From the NCBI GenBank assembly GCA_041582995.1, contig JBFHGS010000003.1:1318-65317 (forward strand): a DNA stretch of 64,000 bases. Direction: 5' to 3'. The stretch is from Desulfopila sp. (GTDB lineage Bacteria; Desulfobacterota; Desulfobulbia; Desulfobulbales; Desulfocapsaceae). The notes beneath the pieces were generated by a model that made no database searches, was not told the origin of the DNA, and saw only the letters and a list, made by a program, of their open reading frames with translations. This document shows, piece by piece, positions 20,552-30,338 of the stretch. The translations under genes and the position numbers were made by a program. The first letter of the stretch is position 1; every line of letters begins with the position of its first letter.

Positions 20552-22100
20552 GGGCTTCCTCGCTTTCTCTGAGTTGCAATCCCTCTGCTGGGATCTGATC
20601 CGGTTGAACATCAGCCAGTACAGATACTCTTGTCCGTATCCCCGGCCATGCCTGCTCCGCATTACGTACAGCACCACCCAGCATGCGGGTTACTTCTAAG
20701 ATGTCGTTTTGTACCTCATTTTTATGCACTGCCGCATGAAATCTCTGCAGCACATTATCTTCGCTAATAATTGTGCCCTCGTACTCGCTATACGAAGAAA
20801 CCGGTAATGCTACTATGCTCGCCTGCGTCAACAGATTTTGATGACTTGAGATTGCGAGGATCTTTTTGGACTCAACAAGCAATTTAAACTCGCTGTTATT
20901 GTCGAACATAAAAAGATCATTATCAAAACTCACAAGCAGATCACATTTCTGCAGAGCTTCTTCAAAACTCTCTTTGTCACAATCAATATCGAGAATCTTG
21001 AGGCCATTACGATTTGCGGATTTGTCATCACTGATGAGGTAATCATCACCATCGCCCTCCTTAACATAGGCATCACTGTAACCGGAACATGCTGCCCCAT
21101 AGAGCGTCGCAACCCTCTTGACTGCCCACTGCTGCTCGAGACTCGAATTCGGTGATACCAGCATCAGCGGACGTTTAGCCTGGTTCAGCTCAAGTTGTAT
21201 ACGCTGCACACCATCTTCAAATCCCGCTTCGCTACCATTTATAGATGTGACAATCAGCCTGTTCTCATTTTCCAGTTTATAGCTCAACCGACCTTCATCA
21301 CAGATGAAGTAACCATTAACCAGATCGTTCTGCCGTGCACGGAACCGGTAGATAACGTCATCTTTATATTTTTCACGGTTATGGTCGATATAGATATTGC
21401 AACCTTTGCCACAGCCATGGCAAACGCCTTGATCCTTTTTCAGAAACCAGACTCTCTGACTGAATCTAAAATCCTTACTGGTCATCGCGCCCACCGGACA
21501 AAGATCAACTACATTCAGAGCATAGCGGTTGTTTAAAGGCCTGCCGGGAAAAATATTGACCCTGGCTGCGTCAGTTCGGTTAACGATTCCGAGTTCACCG
21601 GTTTTAGTGATCTGTCGGGTAAAACGAACGCAACGACCACAGAGCACACATCTCTCCTGGTCATGCACCACCCCGCAACCGAAATCCATGTTTTTGCTTT
21701 TCTTCACCTGAGGAACGCGCATCCTGCTTTCCTGCAGATCATAAGCCATGTAATAATCCTGAAGTTTGCATTCTCCAGCCTGATCACAAATAGGACAATC
21801 AACCGGATGGTTGATCAATTCCAGCTCCATGATATCACGCTGAATTTTCAGAATTTTTTCGGTATCGAGCTGCACCCGCATACCTTCCTGAGCCGGTGTC
21901 TTGCAGGCCGGTACCAGCGGCGGCCTGCCGTCCTCAATTCCCACTAGACACATCCTGCAGTTGCCATCTGCCCCCAGTGCCGGATGATAACAAAGATGAG
22001 GTATCTCAATACCGACTGCGCCAATGGCGTCGATCAGGTTCTTGCCGGCCTCGACCTCAACCTCCTCGCCGTTCACAAACAGTTTCACCATTTCAGCCAT
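20538..22100 (-). CDS. nuoG: NADH-quinone oxidoreductase subunit G (short, 520 aa)
   Basis: N-terminal 2Fe-2S ferredoxin fold. HPVDCPICDQAGEC, CVLCGRCVRF, CHGCGKGCN cluster motifs. Confidence 0.88.
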   Translation of the reverse strand: MAEMVKLFVNGEEVEVEAGKNLIDAIGAVGIEIPHLCYHPALGADGNCRMCLVGIEDGRPPLVPACKTPAQEGMRVQLDTEKILKIQRDIMELELINHPVDCPICDQAGECKLQDYYMAYDLQESRMRVPQVKKSKNMDFGCGVVHDQERCVLCGRCVRFTRQITKTGELGIVNRTDAARVNIFPGRPLNNRYALNVVDLCPVGAMTSKDFRFSQRVWFLKKDQGVCHGCGKGCNIYIDHNREKYKDDVIYRFRARQNDLVNGYFICDEGRLSYKLENENRLIVTSINGSEAGFEDGVQRIQLELNQAKRPLMLVSPNSSLEQQWAVKRVATLYGAACSGYSDAYVKEGDGDDYLISDDKSANRNGLKILDIDCDKESFEEALQKCDLLVSFDNDLFMFDNNSEFKLLVESKKILAISSHQNLLTQASIVALPVSSYSEYEGTIISEDNVLQRFHAAVHKNEVQNDILEVTRMLGGAVRNAEQAWPGIRTRVSVLADVQPDQIPAEGLQLRESEEAHVSA

Positions 22101-22108
22101 GATAACCC

Positions 22109-23389
22109 CTAATTCCGTTGCAGCTCAACTTCTGCAGAAATATTGTCAATGGCATATGCCTCAAACTCATGCCGGAATTTATCAAGATAACTGCGTACTG
22201 GCATAGTACAGGCTGCCGAAAGTACACAGACGGTTTTCATTTCGATATTGTCACAGAGTTCACGCAGCAGGTTGATATCTGCGATGGTTCCTTCACCAGC
22301 GAGCAGTTTCTGCGTAATCTTCTTCATCCAGCCCAACCCTTCTCTGCAAGGGGTGCACTGACCGCATGACTCATGGTGATAAAAATGAATCAGATTCTCG
22401 ACCAGCTTCACAACATCCACTGTCTCATCGAGCACAACAATACCACCGGAACCGAACATTGTTCCATGCTGTGCCATTGACTCATAATCAAGAGTTACTG
22501 TTTTGGCCTGCTCAGCTGTAAGGACAGGGGTTGAGCTTCCGCCGGGAATAACAGCTTTCAACTTCCGTCCCTTCCAAACTCCGCCCGCAACCTTTTCTAT
22601 CACCTCAAGAAGAGGTAATCCGAGAGGAAGCTCATACATGCCAGGTTTTGCGACATGGCCTGATATTCCGAAGAGATGGGTTCCTGGACTTTTTTCTGTA
22701 CCGTATGCCTTATATGCATCTGCACCGTTTTTCATAATGAACGGTAAAGATGCAATAGTCTGAACGTTATTGATAATAGTCGGACATCCATAAAGACCTT
22801 CTACTGCAGGGAATGGAGGTTTGGAGCGGGGTTGGCCTTTTTTGCCTTCGATCGACTCAAGCAATGCTGTCTCCTCGCCACAGACATATGCTCCAGCACC
22901 ACGATGTACAGTGACATCAATACGGAAATCCTTTCCACCGACCTTCTCTCCCAGATATCCAGCCTCGTATGCTTCATCTATCGCTTTCTGCAGCGCCTTG
23001 ACCTGAGTAGTATATTCGCCTCGAATATAGATGTAGACGTCATGACAACCGATCGCCCAACAACAGATAATTATTCCTTCAATCATCATGTGCGGGTCAC
23101 GAACAAGAATATATCTGTCTTTAAATGTTGCCGGCTCCGACTCATCCGAGTTGACAGCAAGATAGATCGGCTTATTAAGCCCCTTAGGCAAAAAACCCCA
23201 CTTCACGCCTGCAGGAAAACCCGCGCCACCACGACCGCGCAGACCCGACTTTTTCACCTCGTCTATTACCTCTGTCGGCTCCATAGAGAAGAGCTTGTCC
23301 AGCGTCGAATATGCTCCATGCTCTTTAGCGACTTCGATGAGATGGGCATTTTCGATATCAAATTTTTCGCTGAGAATTTTAACTTCCAT
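22109..23389 (-). CDS. nuoF: NADH-quinone oxidoreductase subunit F (NADH/FMN-binding)
   Basis: GRGGAGFPAGVKW, ESCGQCTPCREG motifs. Confidence 0.95.
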   Translation of the reverse strand: MEVKILSEKFDIENAHLIEVAKEHGAYSTLDKLFSMEPTEVIDEVKKSGLRGRGGAGFPAGVKWGFLPKGLNKPIYLAVNSDESEPATFKDRYILVRDPHMMIEGIIICCWAIGCHDVYIYIRGEYTTQVKALQKAIDEAYEAGYLGEKVGGKDFRIDVTVHRGAGAYVCGEETALLESIEGKKGQPRSKPPFPAVEGLYGCPTIINNVQTIASLPFIMKNGADAYKAYGTEKSPGTHLFGISGHVAKPGMYELPLGLPLLEVIEKVAGGVWKGRKLKAVIPGGSSTPVLTAEQAKTVTLDYESMAQHGTMFGSGGIVVLDETVDVVKLVENLIHFYHHESCGQCTPCREGLGWMKKITQKLLAGEGTIADINLLRELCDNIEMKTVCVLSAACTMPVRSYLDKFRHEFEAYAIDNISAEVELQRN

Positions 23390-23402
23390 TTCCGTACGCC
23401 TC

Positions 23403-23909
23403 CTATTCCAGCGTGGCCAGAAGTGCTTTCATCTTATCGACATCCATTTCTTCGTGGAACTCGCCATTGACCTGTACTACAGGAGCAGTACCGCAGTGTC
23501 CGAGACACTCAACCTCTTCGAGACTGAATTTACCGTCTGCGCTTACCTTGCCCGGCACAACTCCAACCTCTTTGGCCAGATAATCTACAATCTCCTGCTT
23601 CTCTCTGAGCCAGCATGACAAAGTACGACAAACACAGATATGGTATCTGCCGGTAGGAGTGAGATTGTACATGGTGTAAAAGGTGGCAGCCTCGTACACT
23701 TTTGCGGCAAATGTCCCTATCCTGTCGGCTATGTATGCCATTGCCTCAGCACTGATCCACCCTTCCTGCTCCTGTACGAGCCAAAGGGCTGGCAGAATCA
23801 TAGACTCCCTGGTTGGATAACGTTTGATAAGACGCTCAAACTCAGCATCTCTTTCCTCATCAAAAACAAACGTGTTCCCTGTGACAATCAGATCTGATCG
23901 GTCGCTCAT
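23403..23909 (-). CDS. nuoE: NADH-quinone oxidoreductase subunit E (2Fe-2S)
   Basis: CVCRTLSCWL ... CLGHCGTAPV cysteine pattern. 168 aa. Confidence 0.92.
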   Translation of the reverse strand: MSDRSDLIVTGNTFVFDEERDAEFERLIKRYPTRESMILPALWLVQEQEGWISAEAMAYIADRIGTFAAKVYEAATFYTMYNLTPTGRYHICVCRTLSCWLREKQEIVDYLAKEVGVVPGKVSADGKFSLEEVECLGHCGTAPVVQVNGEFHEEMDVDKMKALLATLE

Positions 23910-25621
23910 CTGTCCAACTCCCCGCCGATAATGTTGATACTCCCAAGATTGATGACAGCATCGGCAATCATCTCGCCTTCGACCATCTCATGGAATCCAC
24001 CCATTATATAAAAACATGGCGGACGAACCTTTAACTTGTAGGGCTTACCCGAGCCATCAGAGACGAAATGAAAGCCAAGCTCACCGTTGGCCGCCTCATA
24101 ACTGTCGTACCATTCGCCGACTGGTGCTTTGATACCTTCAAAGATCAGTTTGAAATGATTTGCCAGTCCCTCGATATTCCCGTAGACCTGCTGTTTCGGT
24201 GGCAATACAGCTTTGTGATTCTCTACAAAGACAGGACCATCAGGTATAAACTTCATTGCCTGCCGGATAATTTTAATGGATTCAAATATTTCTTCAAACC
24301 GTACCATAATACGATCATAGATATCTCCGGCAGAACCTACCGGAATATTGAAGTCAAAAGCATCGTAATTGTAGTATGGATTGTCCTTCCTCAGGTCAAA
24401 CGGTACTCCGCTAGCGCGCAGGCACGGGCCGGTGAAACCGTAAGACAAAGCTTTATCTGCAGGAAGCACGCAGGTCCCCTGGGTACGGTCATGAACAATT
24501 CTGTTTTTCAAAACCAGTGCCAGAGAATCCGATACACCCTTCTCAATAGCCTTGAGCTGAAACTCCATGTCACTTTCCCAGCCCTCATAGAAGTCTCGGT
24601 ACATTCCGCCTATTCGAGTGAAAGAACTTGTCAGGCGGGCACCAGTCAGACGACTTATAAGATCGTAGGAGGATTCCTTCTCGTTGTAGAGATACCAATA
24701 GTTGGTAAGGCCACCCATATCCACCAGATTGGCTGCGATGCACACCAGATGGTCCTGCACTCTGAAAAATTCCGAGAGTACGACACGCATAAACTTACAA
24801 CGCTCTGTAATCTCTATTCCCAGCCACGATTCAACCGCTTTCACGTAAGCGATATTATTCATCATAGCAGAGCAGTAATTCAACCTGTCCGTCAGAGGTA
24901 CAACTTGATTATATGTCCGATTTTCTGCTGTTTTTTCAAAGCCACGATGCAGGTATCCAATTTCATTTACATTAGCCAGGATAGTCTCACCATCAAGCGC
25001 TGTAAAAATACGGATTGCCCCATGCGTCGCAGGGTGGGACGGTCCGAGATTTAAAAACATGATCTCGGTATTGATATCCTGCATGGTGCTCTCGTCAACA
25101 CCCTTCTTTAACAACCGTGCCTTGATCTCACTCTCCATGCTGTAAGTATCAGAGCAGATCTGACGATTGCAGATATCGTAATCTTTCCTCAGAGGATGAC
25201 CTGTAAATTGCCAGTGGTTCAGGATTCTACGCAAATCAGGATGACCGATAAAATTGATACCATATTGGTCATACACTTCACGCTCACCCCAATTGGCCGA
25301 ATTCCAGAGGTGACTACAGGTAGGTACACCAACCTCAGGGTCATTTACTGGAACCCGAACCTGAACCAGCATGTTATCGTGCCAGTTCCTCAAGGTGTAT
25401 ACCACGTAAAACCTGCAATCTTGCTTAATAGGATATTCCTTATAATCAATACCTGTTATATCCACCAGCAACCCGAAATTGAGTTCCGGGTACAATTTAA
25501 GCTTCGAGAGGGTTTCTTCCAGCTTCTCAGGCTGAACGGTCATCTCCACACATTTCAGGCCTTCCCTGCAAGCGATGCCCGGAAATGCGGTACAGATTTT
25601 CTCAATCGCGGTCGCATTCAT
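23906..25621 (-). CDS. nuoCD: NADH-quinone oxidoreductase fused subunit C/D
   Basis: Single 571-aa ORF. N-terminal NuoC-like part (ANWGEREVYDQYGI), then NuoD-like part (NLGPSHPATHG, RLNYCSAMMNN, ...INIIGGELDR). Confidence 0.92.
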   Translation of the reverse strand: MNATAIEKICTAFPGIACREGLKCVEMTVQPEKLEETLSKLKLYPELNFGLLVDITGIDYKEYPIKQDCRFYVVYTLRNWHDNMLVQVRVPVNDPEVGVPTCSHLWNSANWGEREVYDQYGINFIGHPDLRRILNHWQFTGHPLRKDYDICNRQICSDTYSMESEIKARLLKKGVDESTMQDINTEIMFLNLGPSHPATHGAIRIFTALDGETILANVNEIGYLHRGFEKTAENRTYNQVVPLTDRLNYCSAMMNNIAYVKAVESWLGIEITERCKFMRVVLSEFFRVQDHLVCIAANLVDMGGLTNYWYLYNEKESSYDLISRLTGARLTSSFTRIGGMYRDFYEGWESDMEFQLKAIEKGVSDSLALVLKNRIVHDRTQGTCVLPADKALSYGFTGPCLRASGVPFDLRKDNPYYNYDAFDFNIPVGSAGDIYDRIMVRFEEIFESIKIIRQAMKFIPDGPVFVENHKAVLPPKQQVYGNIEGLANHFKLIFEGIKAPVGEWYDSYEAANGELGFHFVSDGSGKPYKLKVRPPCFYIMGGFHEMVEGEMIADAVINLGSINIIGGELDR

Positions 25622-25623
25622 GA

Positions 25624-26136
25624 TCAGTCAAGGATTCCTTTGTATTCTTTATGTCGGTCAACCAGCACACTTTCTGTCTGGATCAGCTCCTGAATTTTTA
25701 TCAGCGCATCCAATACTGCTTCAGGCCGAGGCGGGCATCCGGAAATGTAGACGTCAACAGGGATGATGTTATGGATCCCCTGAACCGTAGAATAGTTGTC
25801 ATAAATTCCGCCGGAGCTCGCACATGCTCCCATCGCTACAACCCATTTCGGTTCAGGCATCTGATCGTAGATTCTTTTAAGAATCGGCGCCTGTTTGTAA
25901 CTCACCGTCCCGCAGACAAGCATCAGGTCTGCCTGTCGTGGTGAGAATCGTACAACTTCTGCACCGAATCTTGAGATGTCATGCTGACTTGCAGCAGCAC
26001 TCATAAATTCAATGGCGCAACAGGCTGTACCAAAGACCATGGGCCAAAGGGAGTATTGACGCCCCCAATTGACAACCTCATCCAACTTAGTGGTTATTAC
26101 CGATTCGCCGAGAGCGGCTTCCAATCCTAACGCCAA
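25624..26136 (-). CDS. nuoB: NADH-quinone oxidoreductase subunit B
   Basis: GTACCAIEFM, GACASSGG, SGCPPRPE motifs. Confidence 0.95.
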   Translation of the reverse strand: MALGLEAALGESVITTKLDEVVNWGRQYSLWPMVFGTACCAIEFMSAAASQHDISRFGAEVVRFSPRQADLMLVCGTVSYKQAPILKRIYDQMPEPKWVVAMGACASSGGIYDNYSTVQGIHNIIPVDVYISGCPPRPEAVLDALIKIQELIQTESVLVDRHKEYKGILD

Positions 26137-26486
26137 TTGAGCACCCCTTTCTTTAAGATGTAAATAAGTCCGGTAAGCAGCAGAAGAATGAATACTACCA
26201 TCTCGAGGAACCCGAACATTCCGAGTTCACGCAGACTTACCGCCCACGGGTACATAAAAACTGCTTCAATATCGAAGATGAGAAAGAGAATTGCCAGAAG
26301 GTAAAACTTGACACTGAATTTCTGGTCAGCCATACCAACGACGTTTTTGATACCGCTTTCGTACGCGTCATTCTTTGCAATACCTCCCGAGCGTGGTCCA
26401 AAGACTGCGGTAAGGAGCATAATTGCAGGTATAATAACTGCCAGGCCAAAGAAAACTGCTGCGGATAGAACCAATTCTGTCGACAT
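26127..26486 (-). CDS. nuoA: NADH-quinone oxidoreductase subunit A
   Basis: 119-aa 3-TM protein at the head of the operon. YESG and FDIEAVFMYPW motifs. Confidence 0.9.
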   Translation of the reverse strand: MSTELVLSAAVFFGLAVIIPAIMLLTAVFGPRSGGIAKNDAYESGIKNVVGMADQKFSVKFYLLAILFLIFDIEAVFMYPWAVSLRELGMFGFLEMVVFILLLLTGLIYILKKGVLNWR

Positions 26487-27429
26487 CTGAGCACATCCCT
26501 CCGACGTTCAACTGCACTTTTGGGTTCAATAGCTTACACTGCCTAGATCTGCTTAAACATTGGACATGAATTACCAAGGAGCATGCGACGTTGTCAAGAA
26601 AAACAAATCGTCTTTTCAGGCACTTACATTCTACATCACAAGTTAGCCTGTGCAAACTCAAAGGATGTTTTGTGCATGGTATGCGGTCAGCCCTGTCTTG
26701 TTCTCCAGGGATCACCGCGGTGCAAAATGACAAAAATATTATGCAACATACCTAGCACGAGACAATTACACATGAAATGGAACTTACCAATCAAACGAAG
26801 AACAAATCAAGCTATTTGTTTGTCAGGCGCCATTTTGACTTTACCACCCTTCACTGCACTCTTTGCACAACGCGACCATTTTAAGATATTTGCAAATGGT
26901 GCATATAAAAAATACATATGCTGACTCCAAAAACACCTTATAAATACAGGTGTTTCATGCACAATCTCCATGCACAATAACACTTTTGGGTTCATTAAAT
27001 TCTTTGACAGATCTTTACGTAAACTGATTATGGTCGGAATTACCGGAAGTTCGTGGTTTATTGACTGAACCAATTACATATTTTTCGGACAACAACAATC
27101 AGCATACCACTCCAATAGAGCTATGCTACCACTAGCGTCTACCTTCTGTCTGTTCTTTGAGTTGCTTGACTCCTTGATTAAAAATACCGTTCACGTGTTA
27201 ACCGCTCTGCCCTTTCTGCCAAACCAAAAACAGCTTGCAATGTCTATTTTAAATATGATAATTAAACATTGTTCTGAATTTACAGACATTTTCAACAAAT
27301 ACAGAACATATTGAAAACACTCCTATTTCCTCTGCGACCCTTTCGGGGATCATTCACGAAGCACCTGATATTCAAATAGAATGTTTCTGTCTTCAGGTCT
27401 TTTACACATCTACCCCAGCGACACAGCTT

Positions 27430-28815
27430 ATGAGAACGTACAACCTTCGTATTGAAAAAATCGGCGGTACTTCCATGTCCCGTTTTCCGGAGATCGTAGA
27501 CAATGTCATTCTTCGTAATCAGGACGATATTTACGGCCGCATTTATGTCGTTTCAGCCTATGCAGGCGTAACCAACGAGCTGCTTGAACATAAAAAATCC
27601 AATAAACCCGGAATTTATAAACTTTTTGAGGTGCAAGAGAAATATCCTATCAAGATGCTTGCATTACGCGATAAGCTTTTTCAGATAAACGAGAGCTTTG
27701 TTGAAGCCGGGTTAGACCTTGATATCGCCAATGAATTTATTGGTGACCGTATAGATCTAGCCATTAATATACTCCGCAGCATGGATAATGTACTCGCATC
27801 CGGATATGTTACCAGGCAAGAACTCCTACTCGCCGCTCGTGAATTACTTGCTTCGCTCGGAGAAATGCACTCCGCATTCAACTCAGCCAACATTCTGCAA
27901 AATCGCGGATTCAATACCACATTTGTTGATCTTAGTGGCTGGGAAGACGGACGCCAGCTGACCATCGATGATCGGATCAAAGGCAGTTTCGACGGCCTGG
28001 ATCCATTCTCTACCATGTGCTTTGCGACTGGTTACACCAAAGGTACCGAGGGTATCATGCGCGAATTTGATCGCGGCTATTCAGAAGTGACCTTCTCTAA
28101 AGTGGCTGTACTGCTCGGAGCTTCAGAAGCAATCATTCACAAAGAGTACCACCTTTGCTCAGGTGACCCTCTGACTGTAGGCGAAACCGAAGCTCACCCG
28201 GTCTGCAATACCAATTATGATGTAGCGGATCAGCTGGCGGACGTCGGAATGGAAGCCATACACCCTAAAGCATCAAAACCTCTTGAAATAAACTCTATCC
28301 CTATCAGGGTAAAAAATGCCTTCGACCCTGATCACCCCGGAACGCTGATAACCAAAGAATTCATTGCTCCGACATCAAAGGTTGAAATTGTTACCGGTTC
28401 AAACACCGTTGCTTGTCTTGAGATACACGATACCCGCATGGTTGGTGAAGTTGGTTTTGACCTCAAAATCATGCAGATCTTTGCCAAACATAAGATTTCG
28501 TATATCAGTAAGGTCACTAACGCTAATACAATTGATCTTGTTATTGCCGAGAAAGATTGCACGCCACGGCTCGTAGCTGAACTCAGTGATACATTCGAAC
28601 TCGTATCAACATCACTCGTTGCAATCGTCTGTGCTATTGGCTCTAATATTGCGCAACCTGGCATCATGGCCAAAGCATCCCAGGCTCTCGCAACTGACCG
28701 GATCAACATTCTCGCTGTCTCCCAGACATCTCGACAAACAAATATGCAGTTTATTGTCGAACGGGATCAGTTTGCCAGTGCCCAACGAGCACTTCATAAA
28801 GCTCTCTGCATGTAA
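27430..28815 (+). CDS. aspartate kinase (monofunctional, with C-terminal ACT domains)
   Basis: N-terminal IEKIGGTSMS kinase motif. C-terminal ACT-like repeats (VACLEIHDTRMVGEVGF; VAIVCAIGSNI...GIMAKA). Confidence 0.75.
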   Translation: MRTYNLRIEKIGGTSMSRFPEIVDNVILRNQDDIYGRIYVVSAYAGVTNELLEHKKSNKPGIYKLFEVQEKYPIKMLALRDKLFQINESFVEAGLDLDIANEFIGDRIDLAINILRSMDNVLASGYVTRQELLLAARELLASLGEMHSAFNSANILQNRGFNTTFVDLSGWEDGRQLTIDDRIKGSFDGLDPFSTMCFATGYTKGTEGIMREFDRGYSEVTFSKVAVLLGASEAIIHKEYHLCSGDPLTVGETEAHPVCNTNYDVADQLADVGMEAIHPKASKPLEINSIPIRVKNAFDPDHPGTLITKEFIAPTSKVEIVTGSNTVACLEIHDTRMVGEVGFDLKIMQIFAKHKISYISKVTNANTIDLVIAEKDCTPRLVAELSDTFELVSTSLVAIVCAIGSNIAQPGIMAKASQALATDRINILAVSQTSRQTNMQFIVERDQFASAQRALHKALCM

Positions 28816-28864
28816 AAGCGCACATTCTTTACCAACAGAAAGCATAATATTGTTTTTTCTTCCG

Positions 28865-28905
28865 AAACCGGACTGCATCGCATGCAATCCGGTTTTCTTT
28901 TTCTT
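28865..28905 (+). terminator. rho-independent terminator after the aspartate kinase gene
   Basis: AAACCGGACTGCAT-cgc-ATGCAATCCGGTTT (14 bp, 1 mismatch) followed by TCTTTTTCTTTC. Confidence 0.75.
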
Positions 28906-29110
28906 TCTCTCATCATCAGACTGAACTTCCAAACCAGAGAACTCCCTCTATACACTTGACCGCGGGCTGGCACGCACAACGCCCTCCACAAAAAACCAAT
29001 TGTCTGTAATTACATCATACATCTTTCCGATATCGACCGATATCTACCTTACATGGGCCTATATCGGCTGGAAATTTCGCCTTACTCACCTACTATAGAC
29101 ATAAGACACT

Positions 29111-29283
29111 CTGATTACCCCGTAATTTCAGCTTGATCAGGTGAAACGAAAAGAGTGAAGATAGAGGCGTGAACTGCATTCGCTGCAGAACCACCGATAC
29201 AACAGTATCTACTGCAATTCAGTTGACCAGGACACACTGCCTGTATGCTTCTTACACCATACGTCTACCACCTCAGACAGGAG
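29111..29283 (-). repeat. dispersed element family, copy B; outer arm abuts the start codon of the 29292 gene
   Basis: Minus strand reads ...TGAGGTGGTAGAC-core-GCGAATGCAGTTCACGCCTC-26 nt-ATCAAGCTGAAATTACGGGGTAATCAG. On the plus strand it ends CCACCTCAGACAGGAGATGACACC-ATG. Confidence 0.7.
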
Positions 29284-29291
29284 ATGACACC

Positions 29292-30338
29292 ATGACTTCC
29301 AGGTATTTCATGTGGATAGTATTAAGCGTGAGTCTTATATGCTTTCCCGCATTGTCAAAAGCCCGCCAGGCTGAGCAACTACATTTGCATTTCTTTGATA
29401 TGAACGTGCAGGGCTCACGGAGTGAACCCACTTCCATCAACCTCGAAAAGGAGATCAATATTCGTTATCCTGATCTTCATATCAGCTCACTTGACCTCAG
29501 AAAAATAATTGTTGTTGCCAAAAGCAGTAAAGGACGCGGTGCCATACAGCTTCGCACAGGCAAAGAGATCACCGGTAAATACTCTATATCTGGAAATCCA
29601 AACACCTTTCGGGACCCATCCGAATACACTTTTGACCAAATCAATATAAACAACAACAGCAACCACAGTAATGGTCCGTGGGAACTACACTTTTCAGGAA
29701 ATATAATTCTACGTAAAATCATACTTTTTGTAGAAGAAGACATTTACAGCTCCACTACCCCATATCTAAAAGGAAATGATCGCAGCAACCATTATGGCAA
29801 ATGGCAAAGAGACTCACTGCAACAGCCCCCTTTGCCTCTTATTCTTCCCGGCAGGTCCTGGGGAACTGAACTAGAAGGAGAACAACTGTGTGGTCAACGA
29901 TCGAGAAACGTAAGAGATGGCTGGGATTTCCCTGATTCAATATGTCAGGCTGGCAGCAGGGCCAGTTATCATCAGGATTATAGACCTGTTCAACTTTTTT
30001 TACGCCCGGATATTCGTCCGCTAGAGCTTATACAACTGTATCATAACATCCGAGATCTTAAGGTGAGCGCAACCTTATCAGCCCAGCCCCAGGACCATAC
30101 GACAAATTCAGTTTTTGCTATACTCGGAATTGAAATTGCCGGACATACTTACACGAAAAATATCTCCATCAACAGTCGAGCAAACTGGCGCAAGAGGAGC
30201 AGTATCGAATCACTTGAAATATCAGGAAACTGGACTCGAAGAGATCTGAACAATGCTCGAGTTTATATTTTACCGCAAAAAAATTGCGGCGATTTTACTG
30301 TACAGCAACTACAAATAAGTGTTACAGGAGTCCGCTGA
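29292..30338 (+). CDS. secreted hypothetical protein (348 aa)
   Basis: Start moved to ATG 29292 (AGGAGA upstream). Signal peptide MTSRYFMWIVLSVSLICFPALSKA. No recognisable motif. Confidence 0.55.
   Translation: MTSRYFMWIVLSVSLICFPALSKARQAEQLHLHFFDMNVQGSRSEPTSINLEKEINIRYPDLHISSLDLRKIIVVAKSSKGRGAIQLRTGKEITGKYSISGNPNTFRDPSEYTFDQININNNSNHSNGPWELHFSGNIILRKIILFVEEDIYSSTTPYLKGNDRSNHYGKWQRDSLQQPPLPLILPGRSWGTELEGEQLCGQRSRNVRDGWDFPDSICQAGSRASYHQDYRPVQLFLRPDIRPLELIQLYHNIRDLKVSATLSAQPQDHTTNSVFAILGIEIAGHTYTKNISINSRANWRKRSSIESLEISGNWTRRDLNNARVYILPQKNCGDFTVQQLQISVTGVR

Noticed and set aside
24068-25054. 328-aa plus-strand ORF. The same applies to 22832..23470, 21195..21536, 14983..15381, 25196..25693, 4567..5346 and 53385..53873.
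   Set aside because: These are antisense shadow ORFs fully inside strongly supported genes (nuoCD, nuoF, nuoG, nuoM, zwf, yqhD). They have an odd amino-acid composition and no RBS.
26368-27073. Several 85-121 aa ORFs on both strands in the nuoA-ask intergenic region.
   Set aside because: They mutually overlap, are Cys/Arg-rich, have no RBS or motifs and sit in an AT-rich context. The region is treated as regulatory DNA.
27100-27429. Looked for a lysine or other amino-acid riboswitch or leader in front of aspartate kinase.
   Set aside because: No conserved riboswitch core or leader-peptide/terminator arrangement was recognisable. Only a weak 4-bp hairpin was seen.
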